Shown in pieces: positions 56,012 through 64,000 of a DNA stretch of 64,000 nt. The notes beneath the pieces were generated by a model. That model worked only from the letters and a program-made list of their open reading frames with translations. It searched no databases and was not told the origin of the DNA. Both the position numbers and the translations under genes were made by a program. Numbering within the stretch: position 1 is the stretch's first letter; every line of letters starts with the position of its first letter. Source of the DNA: an uncultured Bacteroidales bacterium (GTDB lineage Bacteria > Bacteroidota > Bacteroidia > Bacteroidales > CAZJDA01); NCBI GenBank assembly GCA_964544705.1, contig CAZJDA010000005.1, positions 12,661 to 76,660 of the forward strand, in the 5' to 3' direction.

Positions 56012-58948
56012 ATGAAGAATCTTTTACTTTCCCTGGCCATTGTTTTTACAACAATCATTTTTCAAGATTTACAGTCACAAAACGTAGCTATTACTGATAG
56101 TGCAACATATACAGCAGACACATCTGCCATGTTGGATGTAATGTCTACCAACAAGGGAATGCTGGTGCCCCGCGTAACAACCATGCAAAAGAACAATATC
56201 AATAACCCGGCAACAGGTTTGCTTGTTTTTGATACGGACGAAAACAGTTTTTGGTTTTATAATGGCACAACCTGGGTAGACCTTTCTGCTGGCGGTGGAA
56301 GCAGTGCCTGGAATACCTCCGGAAATATTATCTATTTAGACAATGATAATAAAATAGGTGTCAATACCTCAACCCCATTTAGTACCATGGAAGTAAAAGC
56401 CAATTCTTCATTGCCCGAGGACAGCCCTTTGTTTATGGTAATCAATAAAACCAATGATACGGTTTTTGCTGTTTACCCGGGTGGGGTGCAAATTAGTATT
56501 GAAGAGAACACGAAAGGAAATATCGGGGGTTTCGCCGTGAGTGGCAGGTCGGCAACAAAACTGGGTAAACAAAACTACTTGGAAGTTACTCCATCCAACA
56601 CCAATATTTTTATTGATACCTCTGCCGCCAAAGGCAATATTGGTGGTTTTGCCGTAAGCGGACGCAGCGCTTCCAAGAATTCTATAGACACCATGTTTGT
56701 TACAACCCATACCAATACCCGCGTATTTTTTGATACCACGGCCCTTACAAAAGGAAACATAGGTGGATTTGCCGTGAGCGGGCGAAGCGCAACAAAAGGT
56801 TATGATGATTACCTGAGTGTTACCCCAGATTGCACCAGGGTATTTTTTAATAAAAAAGCCGCTAAGGGCAATATTGGTGGTTTTGCCGTAAGCGGCAGGT
56901 CAGCTGCCAAAGGTAGTATTGAAGACCTTTTTGTTACAACCCCAGACAGTACCCGTATTTATGTAGACGAACAAGCCAAAGGCAATATCGGTGGCTTTGC
57001 CGTGAGCGGGAGGTCGGCTACAAAAGGGTCGATTACACCTTTTATGGATGTTACACCGGAAAATTATTATATCGGGCACAATTCAGGACAAAAAACGACT
57101 TCCGGCTTATATAACTCCGTGCTTGGGTATAATGCCGCAGAAGAACTTACCAGCGGGCGTTTTAATTCCATCATTGGATATGATGCCGGAAGAAACATTG
57201 ACACAGGCTGGTACAATGTATACCTGGGATACAGGGCAGGTTTTTCTACCACTAAGGGTGGAGAAAATGTAGGAATTGGCGCTTTTGCGCTTGATTCAAA
57301 CACTACAGGTTTTGGAAACGTGGCAGTAGGGACAAAAGCTATGACCAATAACACAGAAGGCGCTAATAATACAGCCCTGGGGCGTGAGGCCCTGAACAAG
57401 AACAAAACCGGGTCTTATAATACCGGGATAGGTATCAACACCTTACACGAGAATGTAGGAGGAGGTTATAATACCGCCTTGGGCGCCTTTGTACTTTCTT
57501 CAAACACCTCTGGAGGAAGCAATACCGGTTTGGGCGCGCAGGCTTTAATCAACAACACTACCGGTAATGACAACATTGCTATTGGCACCAACGCTTTAAT
57601 GAACAATACTCAAGGAAGCTTTAACATAGCTATTGGAGTAAATACTTTAGGAGACAATGCTACCACTGCCAAATACAATGTAGCCATAGGGCATAATGCA
57701 TTAATGAAAAACAGCGCCAACCAGAACACAGCCGTTGGATACTATACGCTATATAATAATACCACAGGAACAAGTAATAATGCCCTGGGAGAATCAGCGC
57801 TATATAATAATACAACGGGTATAGGAAACAGCGCCTTTGGCACAGGGGCTCTAAATAACAATACAAGCGGGAGCGATAATGTAGGGATTGGCGCATCTGC
57901 AATGAGTGCAAATACAATAGGAAAGGAAAATACTGCTGTTGGAAACTCCGCAATGTTATATAATACGGATGGAAACTACAATGCTGCCCTGGGATTATGG
58001 GCATTATATTCAAATACAGGAGATAATAATGTTGCCATCGGGCATTCTGCATTGTATTCAGCTGATAATGATGATGATAATACTGCTATCGGCTATCAAG
58101 CTCTTTATGATAATTCAAGTAATGGTAATACAGCAATGGGATATAGGGCAGCATATAGAAATACCAGCGGTTATCTCATTTTGGCACTTGGTAATAGTGC
58201 ACTCTACAATAATACAACCGGTAGTTCAAATACAGCTTCTGGTTTTGAAGCTCTTTATAATAATGATGAAGGGAGCTATAATAGCGCATTTGGCGTTTAC
58301 GCATTAAGGGAAATATCTCATTCAATTGCCTCTGAAAATACGGCAGTAGGATATAAGGCCGGTTATTACTATGACCAATATTCTAACCAGAATACAGTGG
58401 TTGGTTGTGAAGCTGGCCCTGCCTCACCATTAGCATTCTACTACAACACTATAGCTATAGGTTACAATGCCCATCCTCAAAATAGTAATGAAGCCGTAAT
58501 TGGCAATACAGCACTTGATCATATTGGTGGATATGCTGGATGGACTAATTATTCTGATTCAATTCATACGAAAAATGTCAAAGAAAATGTGCCTGGTATT
58601 AAATTTATAGAAAAACTGAAACCTATAACATATATGAAAGATGTTGATTTGAAAACAGGTAATCCGGGTATTATTAAAGATAACCAACAAGAAATTGTGT
58701 TTTCTGGTTTTATTGCAAGTGAAGTAGATAAAGTAGCCAAAGGATTAAATTATGACTTCAGTGGTATTGATAAAAGCAAAAATGGGATACGAGGCATCCG
58801 CTACGCCACCTTCGTTGTTCCGCTAGTTAAAGCCGTGCAAGAACAACAGCAGATGATAGATGAGCTGAATAAAGACAAAGAAACGCTTGAAAATAAGGTG
58901 CAGCAGCTTGAACAACAAATAATAGAAATAAAGGCAGCATTGAAATAG
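56012..58948 (+). CDS. Secreted repeat-rich surface/fibre protein
   Basis: 978 aa with signal peptide MKNLLLSLAIVFTTIIFQDLQSQ. The conserved N-domain is NVAITDSATYTADTSAMLDV..GLLVFD. Five KGNIGGFAVSGRSAxK units are at residues 168, 207, 248, 285 and 323. About 450 aa of ~14-15-residue N-T-A-x-G-x-x-A-L repeats follow. The C-terminus GWTNYSDSIHTKNVKEN..LKPITY..FIASEV plus a coiled coil resembles tail-fibre/endosialidase S74 chaperone domains. Confidence 0.8.
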   Translation: MKNLLLSLAIVFTTIIFQDLQSQNVAITDSATYTADTSAMLDVMSTNKGMLVPRVTTMQKNNINNPATGLLVFDTDENSFWFYNGTTWVDLSAGGGSSAWNTSGNIIYLDNDNKIGVNTSTPFSTMEVKANSSLPEDSPLFMVINKTNDTVFAVYPGGVQISIEENTKGNIGGFAVSGRSATKLGKQNYLEVTPSNTNIFIDTSAAKGNIGGFAVSGRSASKNSIDTMFVTTHTNTRVFFDTTALTKGNIGGFAVSGRSATKGYDDYLSVTPDCTRVFFNKKAAKGNIGGFAVSGRSAAKGSIEDLFVTTPDSTRIYVDEQAKGNIGGFAVSGRSATKGSITPFMDVTPENYYIGHNSGQKTTSGLYNSVLGYNAAEELTSGRFNSIIGYDAGRNIDTGWYNVYLGYRAGFSTTKGGENVGIGAFALDSNTTGFGNVAVGTKAMTNNTEGANNTALGREALNKNKTGSYNTGIGINTLHENVGGGYNTALGAFVLSSNTSGGSNTGLGAQALINNTTGNDNIAIGTNALMNNTQGSFNIAIGVNTLGDNATTAKYNVAIGHNALMKNSANQNTAVGYYTLYNNTTGTSNNALGESALYNNTTGIGNSAFGTGALNNNTSGSDNVGIGASAMSANTIGKENTAVGNSAMLYNTDGNYNAALGLWALYSNTGDNNVAIGHSALYSADNDDDNTAIGYQALYDNSSNGNTAMGYRAAYRNTSGYLILALGNSALYNNTTGSSNTASGFEALYNNDEGSYNSAFGVYALREISHSIASENTAVGYKAGYYYDQYSNQNTVVGCEAGPASPLAFYYNTIAIGYNAHPQNSNEAVIGNTALDHIGGYAGWTNYSDSIHTKNVKENVPGIKFIEKLKPITYMKDVDLKTGNPGIIKDNQQEIVFSGFIASEVDKVAKGLNYDFSGIDKSKNGIRGIRYATFVVPLVKAVQEQQQMIDELNKDKETLENKVQQLEQQIIEIKAALK

Positions 58949-58957
58949 TTCAGAAAA

Positions 58958-59002
58958 ATCATCCGGTGAATAACTTACCAGTTTCAAATTTCACCGGATG
59001 AT
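58958..59002. terminator. Shared bidirectional terminator between the two convergent surface-protein genes
   Basis: atcatccggtgaa (58958-58970) pairs with ttcaccggatgat (58990-59002). The stem is 13 bp and perfect. Confidence 0.75.
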
Positions 59003-59006
59003 GATG

Positions 59007-61748
59007 CTACTGCTTCTTCAACGAAGTTTCAACCTTTTCAAGCCGCTCAAGCAAAGCTTGATGAGATTTTACTGCTTGCTGGTTGCTTTCTAAAAGCTGC
59101 TCTTTGAGCTTTTGTATTTGCTGTTCCTGTTGTAGAATTTTGCTTTCTTGCACTTTTAGCTTTTCCTGGAGTTCTTCTAACTTTTCTTTTTCAGATGATT
59201 TTACGTTGCCGATGTCATCAATACCCCAATAAACGCTTCCATTACTACCGGCTTTCAATACCCTTCCAGGGGCACCGGCGTTTATAGGAAAAGTATACGC
59301 ATCATTAATATTCAAATATTGGAATATTTTAACGCTGTCATTTAAGAAATCTCCATAAATCAATGGGTTTGAAGCATCGGTATTTTCAATATAGAGCTTA
59401 TCGGAACCCTGTTCATATCTTCCTGCACTTCTTCCAATAAATACATTGTCGCTGCCCAAAGTATCGTTTGCCCCAGCAAAAGCGCCAATATAAACATTGT
59501 TTTCGCCTGTAGAAGAAGCGCCTGAATACATGCCCAGCATAACGTTGTTGTCACTGGGGTTTGCTTTACCGGCGAGGAACCCCATGTAGCAGTTATTGCT
59601 TCCTTCCACGTTTTCTAACCCCGCGAAATAGCCCAAAAACACATTCCTTGCCCCAACAGTAATACCGCTTGTATTTAGAATCCCTGTATTTTTCCCTGCG
59701 GATTGCCCTATAAACACATTGGCTTCACCATCAATAGAATTGCTCCCTGCGCCATAACCCAAGAAAATATTTGCATGCCCTGTTTCGTGGTCTTCACCTG
59801 CTGTATTACCAATAAAAATATTATAATCGCCTTCTGAGTTGGTATACCCGGCATGGTAGCCGAAGAAAATATTATTTTGCCCAATGGTATTGGTAAAACC
59901 GGCTTCTGTACCTACAAAGATATTCCTGTCCCCGTCAAATCCACTGGCAGCACCTATATTGCTCCTTCCTGCCAGTTCACCAATAAATATATTTGATTCG
60001 CCTGTTTCGTTGTTGTAGCCGGCTTCAAAACCAAGGAAAACGTTTTTTGTACCGGATGTATTTTTAAAGCCTGTAGCATTACCTACAAAAATATTGTTAC
60101 CTCCTCCGGTAGCATCTTTAGCGGCTTGCTCTCCAATGATAATGTTATTATCGCCCATCCCATTCATTGCAGCTTGCTTACCAAGGATCACGTTGTTGAA
60201 AGAATTATTCATTTTACCGGCTTCATAACCTATAATAATATTATCGTCGCCTGTAGAGCTTTCGAAAGCGGCAAGATTGCCGATATACACGTTGTGTGAA
60301 GCCGTTGTATTACCGGTTCCTGCCCTGTCGCCAATAAAAACATTGCTTGCTCCGATGGTATTACTGAACCCGGCGTTGGATCCAAGCATAACATTATCAT
60401 AACCTGTAGTGTTTTCATGGGCAACATGCGAACCGATAAACACGTTGTGGTGCCCATCATCATTCATTACACCGGAAGCATAACCCAAAAATACGTTGTC
60501 GTATCCTTCCAAGTTATAGTACCCTGACGAATCACCAATAAAAATATTGCTCCATCCTTGAGATTGATAACCAACATTGGTACCAAGAAAAATATTGTTA
60601 TGGGCAGTATCTACATTTGTTCCGCTTTTATATCCAATAAAAATATTATCAAAACCTTCGGTTATATTTAACCCGGATTGATAACCGAGTAATACATTCC
60701 TGTAGCCTATAACATTGGATAATCCTGTTTGATAACCCAGGAAGGAGTTGAATTTGCCTAAAAACGGGTCTCCTGCATCAGGTTCAGTATTTTTACCGGC
60801 TTCATACCCGATAAAATAGTTGTCTTGTGTGAGGTCCATAAGGTTTGAGATAGAATTTTTAGAAGCGCTTCTGCCGCTTACGGCAAAACCGCCTATGTTG
60901 CCTTTGGCTGTCTGGTCTATATAAACTCTTGTACTATCCGGTGTTGACACAAAAATATCTTCTGTAATAGCTTTACTTGCCGACCTACCACTAACGGCAA
61001 ACCCTCCAATATTGCCTTTGGCGTTATCATCAAAATACACCCTGGTATTAGCAGATGTTACTTGCAGGTAGTCTTTTTCAATACCCTTGCTAGCACTTCT
61101 ACCGCTAACGGCAAATCCTCCAATATTGCCTTTGGCTGTGGCAGTATCAATATAGATCCTGGTGCTGTCCGGTGTTATCAACATATAATCGCTTAATCCT
61201 TTGCTGGCACTTCTGCCACTAACAGCGAACCCACCAATATTGCCTTTGCTGTCTTCGTCAACGTATACTTTCACGCTATTTGGGAAAACAGCAAAAACCG
61301 GTTCACCGGCTTTGTTTTTTACTTCAAAAAGCGGGTCGTTATCGCCTATGGTAGCATCTGCTTTGATTTCTAATTTGCCTGTTGGGGTATAGGTTCCTAT
61401 ACCAAAATGCGCCAATGAATCCGTTAAATAAACTAGGGTGTCGTTTTGAGCATACAAACCATCAGGATTACCAGCATTGAGTTGTATCCATTCTGTGCCT
61501 GTATAATAATAAAATTTACCTTCTTCAGAATTAAAAACAAGCAATCCTGTTGCCGGCTCGTTAATGTTCATGATTTGTGTTGTGGTGAGCCTGGGAAGCA
61601 AAAACCCTTTATTAAAGGATTTTACATCAAGCATAGCCGATGTATCGGCTGTGTATGTGTTATCGTCTGTAATAGCAACATTTTGTGCGTGTGTTTTTTC
61701 AATAAGAATTTGAAATAATACCAATAGAATTAAAAATAGCTTTTTCAT
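59007..61748 (-). CDS. Secreted repeat-rich surface/fibre protein, paralogue of 56012-58948
   Basis: 913 aa with a signal peptide. The N-domain matches the paralogue (QNVAITDDNTYTADTSAMLDVKS..GLLVFN). Four KGNIGGFAVSGRSASK units are at residues 168, 206, 244 and 282, an exact 38-aa period. About 450 aa of N-(V/I)-F-(L/I)-G-repeat beta-solenoid-like sequence follow. LYIENTDASNPLIYGDF is present, and the C-terminus is a coiled coil. Confidence 0.8.
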   Translation of the reverse strand: MKKLFLILLVLFQILIEKTHAQNVAITDDNTYTADTSAMLDVKSFNKGFLLPRLTTTQIMNINEPATGLLVFNSEEGKFYYYTGTEWIQLNAGNPDGLYAQNDTLVYLTDSLAHFGIGTYTPTGKLEIKADATIGDNDPLFEVKNKAGEPVFAVFPNSVKVYVDEDSKGNIGGFAVSGRSASKGLSDYMLITPDSTRIYIDTATAKGNIGGFAVSGRSASKGIEKDYLQVTSANTRVYFDDNAKGNIGGFAVSGRSASKAITEDIFVSTPDSTRVYIDQTAKGNIGGFAVSGRSASKNSISNLMDLTQDNYFIGYEAGKNTEPDAGDPFLGKFNSFLGYQTGLSNVIGYRNVLLGYQSGLNITEGFDNIFIGYKSGTNVDTAHNNIFLGTNVGYQSQGWSNIFIGDSSGYYNLEGYDNVFLGYASGVMNDDGHHNVFIGSHVAHENTTGYDNVMLGSNAGFSNTIGASNVFIGDRAGTGNTTASHNVYIGNLAAFESSTGDDNIIIGYEAGKMNNSFNNVILGKQAAMNGMGDNNIIIGEQAAKDATGGGNNIFVGNATGFKNTSGTKNVFLGFEAGYNNETGESNIFIGELAGRSNIGAASGFDGDRNIFVGTEAGFTNTIGQNNIFFGYHAGYTNSEGDYNIFIGNTAGEDHETGHANIFLGYGAGSNSIDGEANVFIGQSAGKNTGILNTSGITVGARNVFLGYFAGLENVEGSNNCYMGFLAGKANPSDNNVMLGMYSGASSTGENNVYIGAFAGANDTLGSDNVFIGRSAGRYEQGSDKLYIENTDASNPLIYGDFLNDSVKIFQYLNINDAYTFPINAGAPGRVLKAGSNGSVYWGIDDIGNVKSSEKEKLEELQEKLKVQESKILQQEQQIQKLKEQLLESNQQAVKSHQALLERLEKVETSLKKQ

Positions 61749-61793
61749 GGGATAACTTTTTTAATTATGAATAATTGATAACGGTTTAGTTTA

Positions 61794-61810
61794 CAAAAAT
61801 AACAAATTTA
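61794..61810 (-). promoter_or_regulatory. Two tandem -7 boxes (TAAATTTG, TATTTTTG on the minus strand) upstream of the 913-aa surface protein
   Basis: The plus-strand sequences caaaaata (61794-61801) and caaattta (61803-61810) are both exact TAnnTTTG on the minus strand. They lie ~50-60 nt upstream of the ATG at 61748. Confidence 0.4.
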
Positions 61811-62069
61811 TAGAATGTAAAATATGTTTTGTATACAAAATATAAAATTAACAAATTCATAAATATACTGATTTATTGAACGCTATCCATTGAAAAACTA
61901 ATTTGTATAAACTTCAGTTGTAATATTGCCATGCATAAAGATTTTCTTAGATCGTTTATTGTTGCAGTAACATATTAAATCAATAATTGAAAAAAAATCT
62001 GTTATCGTTTCATTCTTTGAACTTTTTTTCCTACTTTGCAAATCATAAAAATTAAAAATTGACTGCATT

Positions 62070-63488
62070 ATGATAAGAAAAGCAAGCTTAACCATTTTAT
62101 TCATTTATGCAACGGCCTTTTATGTGACGGCAGAGGTTGCATTTGATGAATATTTTTACAACAAAACCCTTCGTTTTGACTATTACCACACGGGAAATCA
62201 CGAAGAGGAACATTTTGCTTTTGACCAGGTGGTGAATGACGGCGATTGGAGTGGAAGCAAAACACTATTGATAGATGAATTGGAATTGGGGAAATACTTG
62301 TTTAAGGTATTTGATAAGGAATCTGGTAAATTGATCTATTCTCGCGGTTTTTGCAGCATTTATGGCGAATGGGAGACCACTCCCGAAGCCAAGGAAAATT
62401 GGGGCGTTTACCATGAGTCGTTGCGTTTCCCATGGCCTAAAAAGAAATCTTATATTGAGCTATACAAAAGAAATGAGCAACAGGAATTTGATAAGATTTG
62501 GGAATACACCGTAAAAGATCATTCTTGGAGAGCGGCTGATGCACCTATTACCAGCTATTACAAAACCCATGACATTGTTGTTCATGGCAAGTCCAGCCAA
62601 AAAGTGGATATTGTAATTTTGAGCGAAGGCTATACAAAGGAACAAATGGGAAAATTCAAAAAAGACGCTGACCGTTTTGCAGAGGTATTACTTGATAATG
62701 AGCCGTTTGCATCCAGGAAGGAAGATTTTAATATTAGGGCTGTTGAAGTTCCTTCGCCTTCACCGGGAGTACATCATCCTCACCAGGATATTTACAAACG
62801 TTCAGCTTTATCAGTTCGTTACGGGGCTTTCAATTCACAACGTTATGCATTGGGGTTCTACAATAAAAAGATCCGTGATGCAGCTTCATCAGTACCTTAT
62901 GAATTCACTGTTTTGATGATGAACGATAGCATATATGGCGGTGGAGGTATTTACAATCTTTACATCACTGCTGCTGCTGATAACGCCTTTTATGAATACC
63001 TTTACGTACATGAGTTTGGACACCATTTTGCATCCCTTGCCGATGAATATTACACATCAGCTACAGCTTACGAAATGGGTAGCGATATTATTGAACCTTA
63101 CGAATTGAATGTTACTACCTATACCGAAAGAGACAAAATTAAATGGGGCAACATGATTGATGAAGATACTCCAATTCCCACTCCATGGGGTAAAGAAAAG
63201 TTTGATGAACATAGTATTCAAGTGCAGGAAAAAAGGCAGGAAATGCGAAAAGCAAAAGTAGGGGAATCAAAAATGGAAAAACTCTTTAAAGACCAACTTG
63301 CATGGGAAAAGGAATATTTGAGCAAGATTAAATATGCCGGAGAGGTTGGGCTTTATGAAGGAGCCATGTACCATAGCAAAGGTATTTACCGTTCAGCGCC
63401 CATGTGCATTATGTTCAACAGGTCTAATGAGTTTTGCCCTGCATGCCAAAGGGCTATCAACTTAGTTATTGACCAGTACACTAAGTAG
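62070..63488 (+). CDS. Peptidase M64 (IgA-peptidase-like zinc metalloprotease) with N-terminal domain
   Basis: 472 aa with a signal peptide. The zinc site is YVHEFGHHFASLADEY. The N-terminus is KTLRFDYYHTGNHEEEHFAFD. Confidence 0.88.
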   Translation: MIRKASLTILFIYATAFYVTAEVAFDEYFYNKTLRFDYYHTGNHEEEHFAFDQVVNDGDWSGSKTLLIDELELGKYLFKVFDKESGKLIYSRGFCSIYGEWETTPEAKENWGVYHESLRFPWPKKKSYIELYKRNEQQEFDKIWEYTVKDHSWRAADAPITSYYKTHDIVVHGKSSQKVDIVILSEGYTKEQMGKFKKDADRFAEVLLDNEPFASRKEDFNIRAVEVPSPSPGVHHPHQDIYKRSALSVRYGAFNSQRYALGFYNKKIRDAASSVPYEFTVLMMNDSIYGGGGIYNLYITAAADNAFYEYLYVHEFGHHFASLADEYYTSATAYEMGSDIIEPYELNVTTYTERDKIKWGNMIDEDTPIPTPWGKEKFDEHSIQVQEKRQEMRKAKVGESKMEKLFKDQLAWEKEYLSKIKYAGEVGLYEGAMYHSKGIYRSAPMCIMFNRSNEFCPACQRAINLVIDQYTK

Positions 63489-63567
63489 TCCCTAATCCGG
63501 ATATTGATGATTTGTTGGATAACCGGCAGTTTCTAAAGGAATAAATATATCTATTTACCAGTTGCTG

Positions 63568-63603
63568 CCGCTTCAAGGGTTTTCAACCGCTTGAAGCGGT
63601 TTT
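63568..63603 (+). terminator. Rho-independent terminator after the M64 peptidase gene
   Basis: ccgcttcaag (63568-63577) pairs with cttgaagcgg (63590-63599). A TTTT run follows. Confidence 0.75.
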
Positions 63604-63708
63604 CGCATCAACATATTAGTATATCGTCAAGAACCTATCCTTTTTTCAACTTCACATACTTTTATATCCATCCAACCAAATAATCACATGTACCATTTTT
63701 TATGATTT

Positions 63709-64000
63709 TTATTTGGTAAAATCTTTCACATCCAGTTTTTCTCCATCTTCAAACACAATACTTTTCAAGAGTTTTCCTTTTTTATCATAGAACTTCCATT
63801 TGCCATCTTTTTGCCCGTTAACGTAGGAGCCTTCCACTTGCTTATTGGAGTTTTGATAAAAGGATACAAAATCGCCATGGGGTTTACCTTCCAGGTAGTC
63901 TTGCTCGCGAAATTTAACTCCTTTTTGGTCATAAAACACGCAAAAACCTTCTTTTTTCCCTTTCACGTAATTGCAATCTTCGAGCAAGATGCCATACCTG
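63709..64000 (-). CDS. YwqK/MORN-variant repeat protein, 3' part; N-terminus beyond the right window edge
   Basis: It has repeats of the type G(K)xxGxxxxYxxxG (YLEGKPHGDFVSFY, YVNGQKDGKWKFYDKKGKL). The reading frame stays open to nt 64000 (..RYGILLEDC). Confidence 0.75.
   Translation of the reverse strand, partial: RYGILLEDCNYVKGKKEGFCVFYDQKGVKFREQDYLEGKPHGDFVSFYQNSNKQVEGSYVNGQKDGKWKFYDKKGKLLKSIVFEDGEKLDVKDFTK

Noticed and set aside
56513-57025. Regularly spaced ~114-nt DNA repeats that could be mistaken for a CRISPR-like array
   Set aside because: The period is coding (38-41 codons, KGNIGGFAVSGRSA units) inside an intact ORF. The repeat and spacer sizes do not fit a CRISPR. I saw no true CRISPR array anywhere in the window.
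56408-58307. Several 60-130-aa ORFs in other frames or on the other strand inside the 978-aa repeat protein (for example 57660-58052, 57939-58307), and similar ones inside the 913-aa gene
   Set aside because: They are typical shadow ORFs of periodic, codon-biased repeat genes. All are fully contained in strongly supported long ORFs.

Overview
The window is low-GC and looks like an anaerobic, fermentative Bacteroidota chromosome. Several genes have TAnnTTTG -7 promoter boxes, most starts lack a Shine-Dalgarno sequence, and the atp operon lacks atpD/atpC.

Gene content from left to right:
- 1-7.8 kb: a type I-B CRISPR-Cas effector operon on the minus strand (WYL regulator, cas6, cas8b, cas7, cas5, cas3). 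cas3 runs off the left edge, so it is missing from the ORF track. No array or cas1/2/4 lies in the window.
- 7.9-38 kb: housekeeping genes. These are a GT9 heptosyltransferase, tatD, ansA, tRNA-Ser(GGA), exbB-exbD-exbD, lolE-like, rbfA, Nif3/COG1579, lysS, a bactofilin-atpZ-atpBEFHAG operon, ferritin and a PAS hybrid histidine kinase.
- 38.4-45.9 kb: the most unusual locus. It encodes an FNR-like Crp regulator, then DsrE-like, TusA, MvhD, a QmoA-like HdrA, a full-length HdrA/QmoB-like protein, a small Cys-free protein and a QmoC-like protein (HdrC Fe-S domain plus membrane cytochrome b domain). An ArsR regulator is convergent. No apr/sat/dsr genes are in view.
- 46-55.4 kb: adenine deaminase, an orphan LytTR regulator, an Ig-like lipoprotein and the Na+-translocating methylmalonyl-CoA decarboxylase operon (mce-mmdADCB).
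- 55.4-64 kb: an accessory-looking region. It holds an M3-peptidase gene remnant, an intergenic repeat, two convergent paralogous ~900-980 aa repeat-rich surface proteins, an M64 peptidase and a YwqK/MORN gene that runs off the right edge.

Other observations:
- A hairpin-repeat family shows compensatory word changes between copies.
- A conserved motif plus hairpin occurs in two cas intergenic gaps.
- A 54% GC structured island, or a coupled 49-codon ORF, sits inside the hdr/qmo operon.
- AtpG carries a ~50-60 aa charged insertion.

All calls rest on reading the sequence and the ORF translations. No database search was run.
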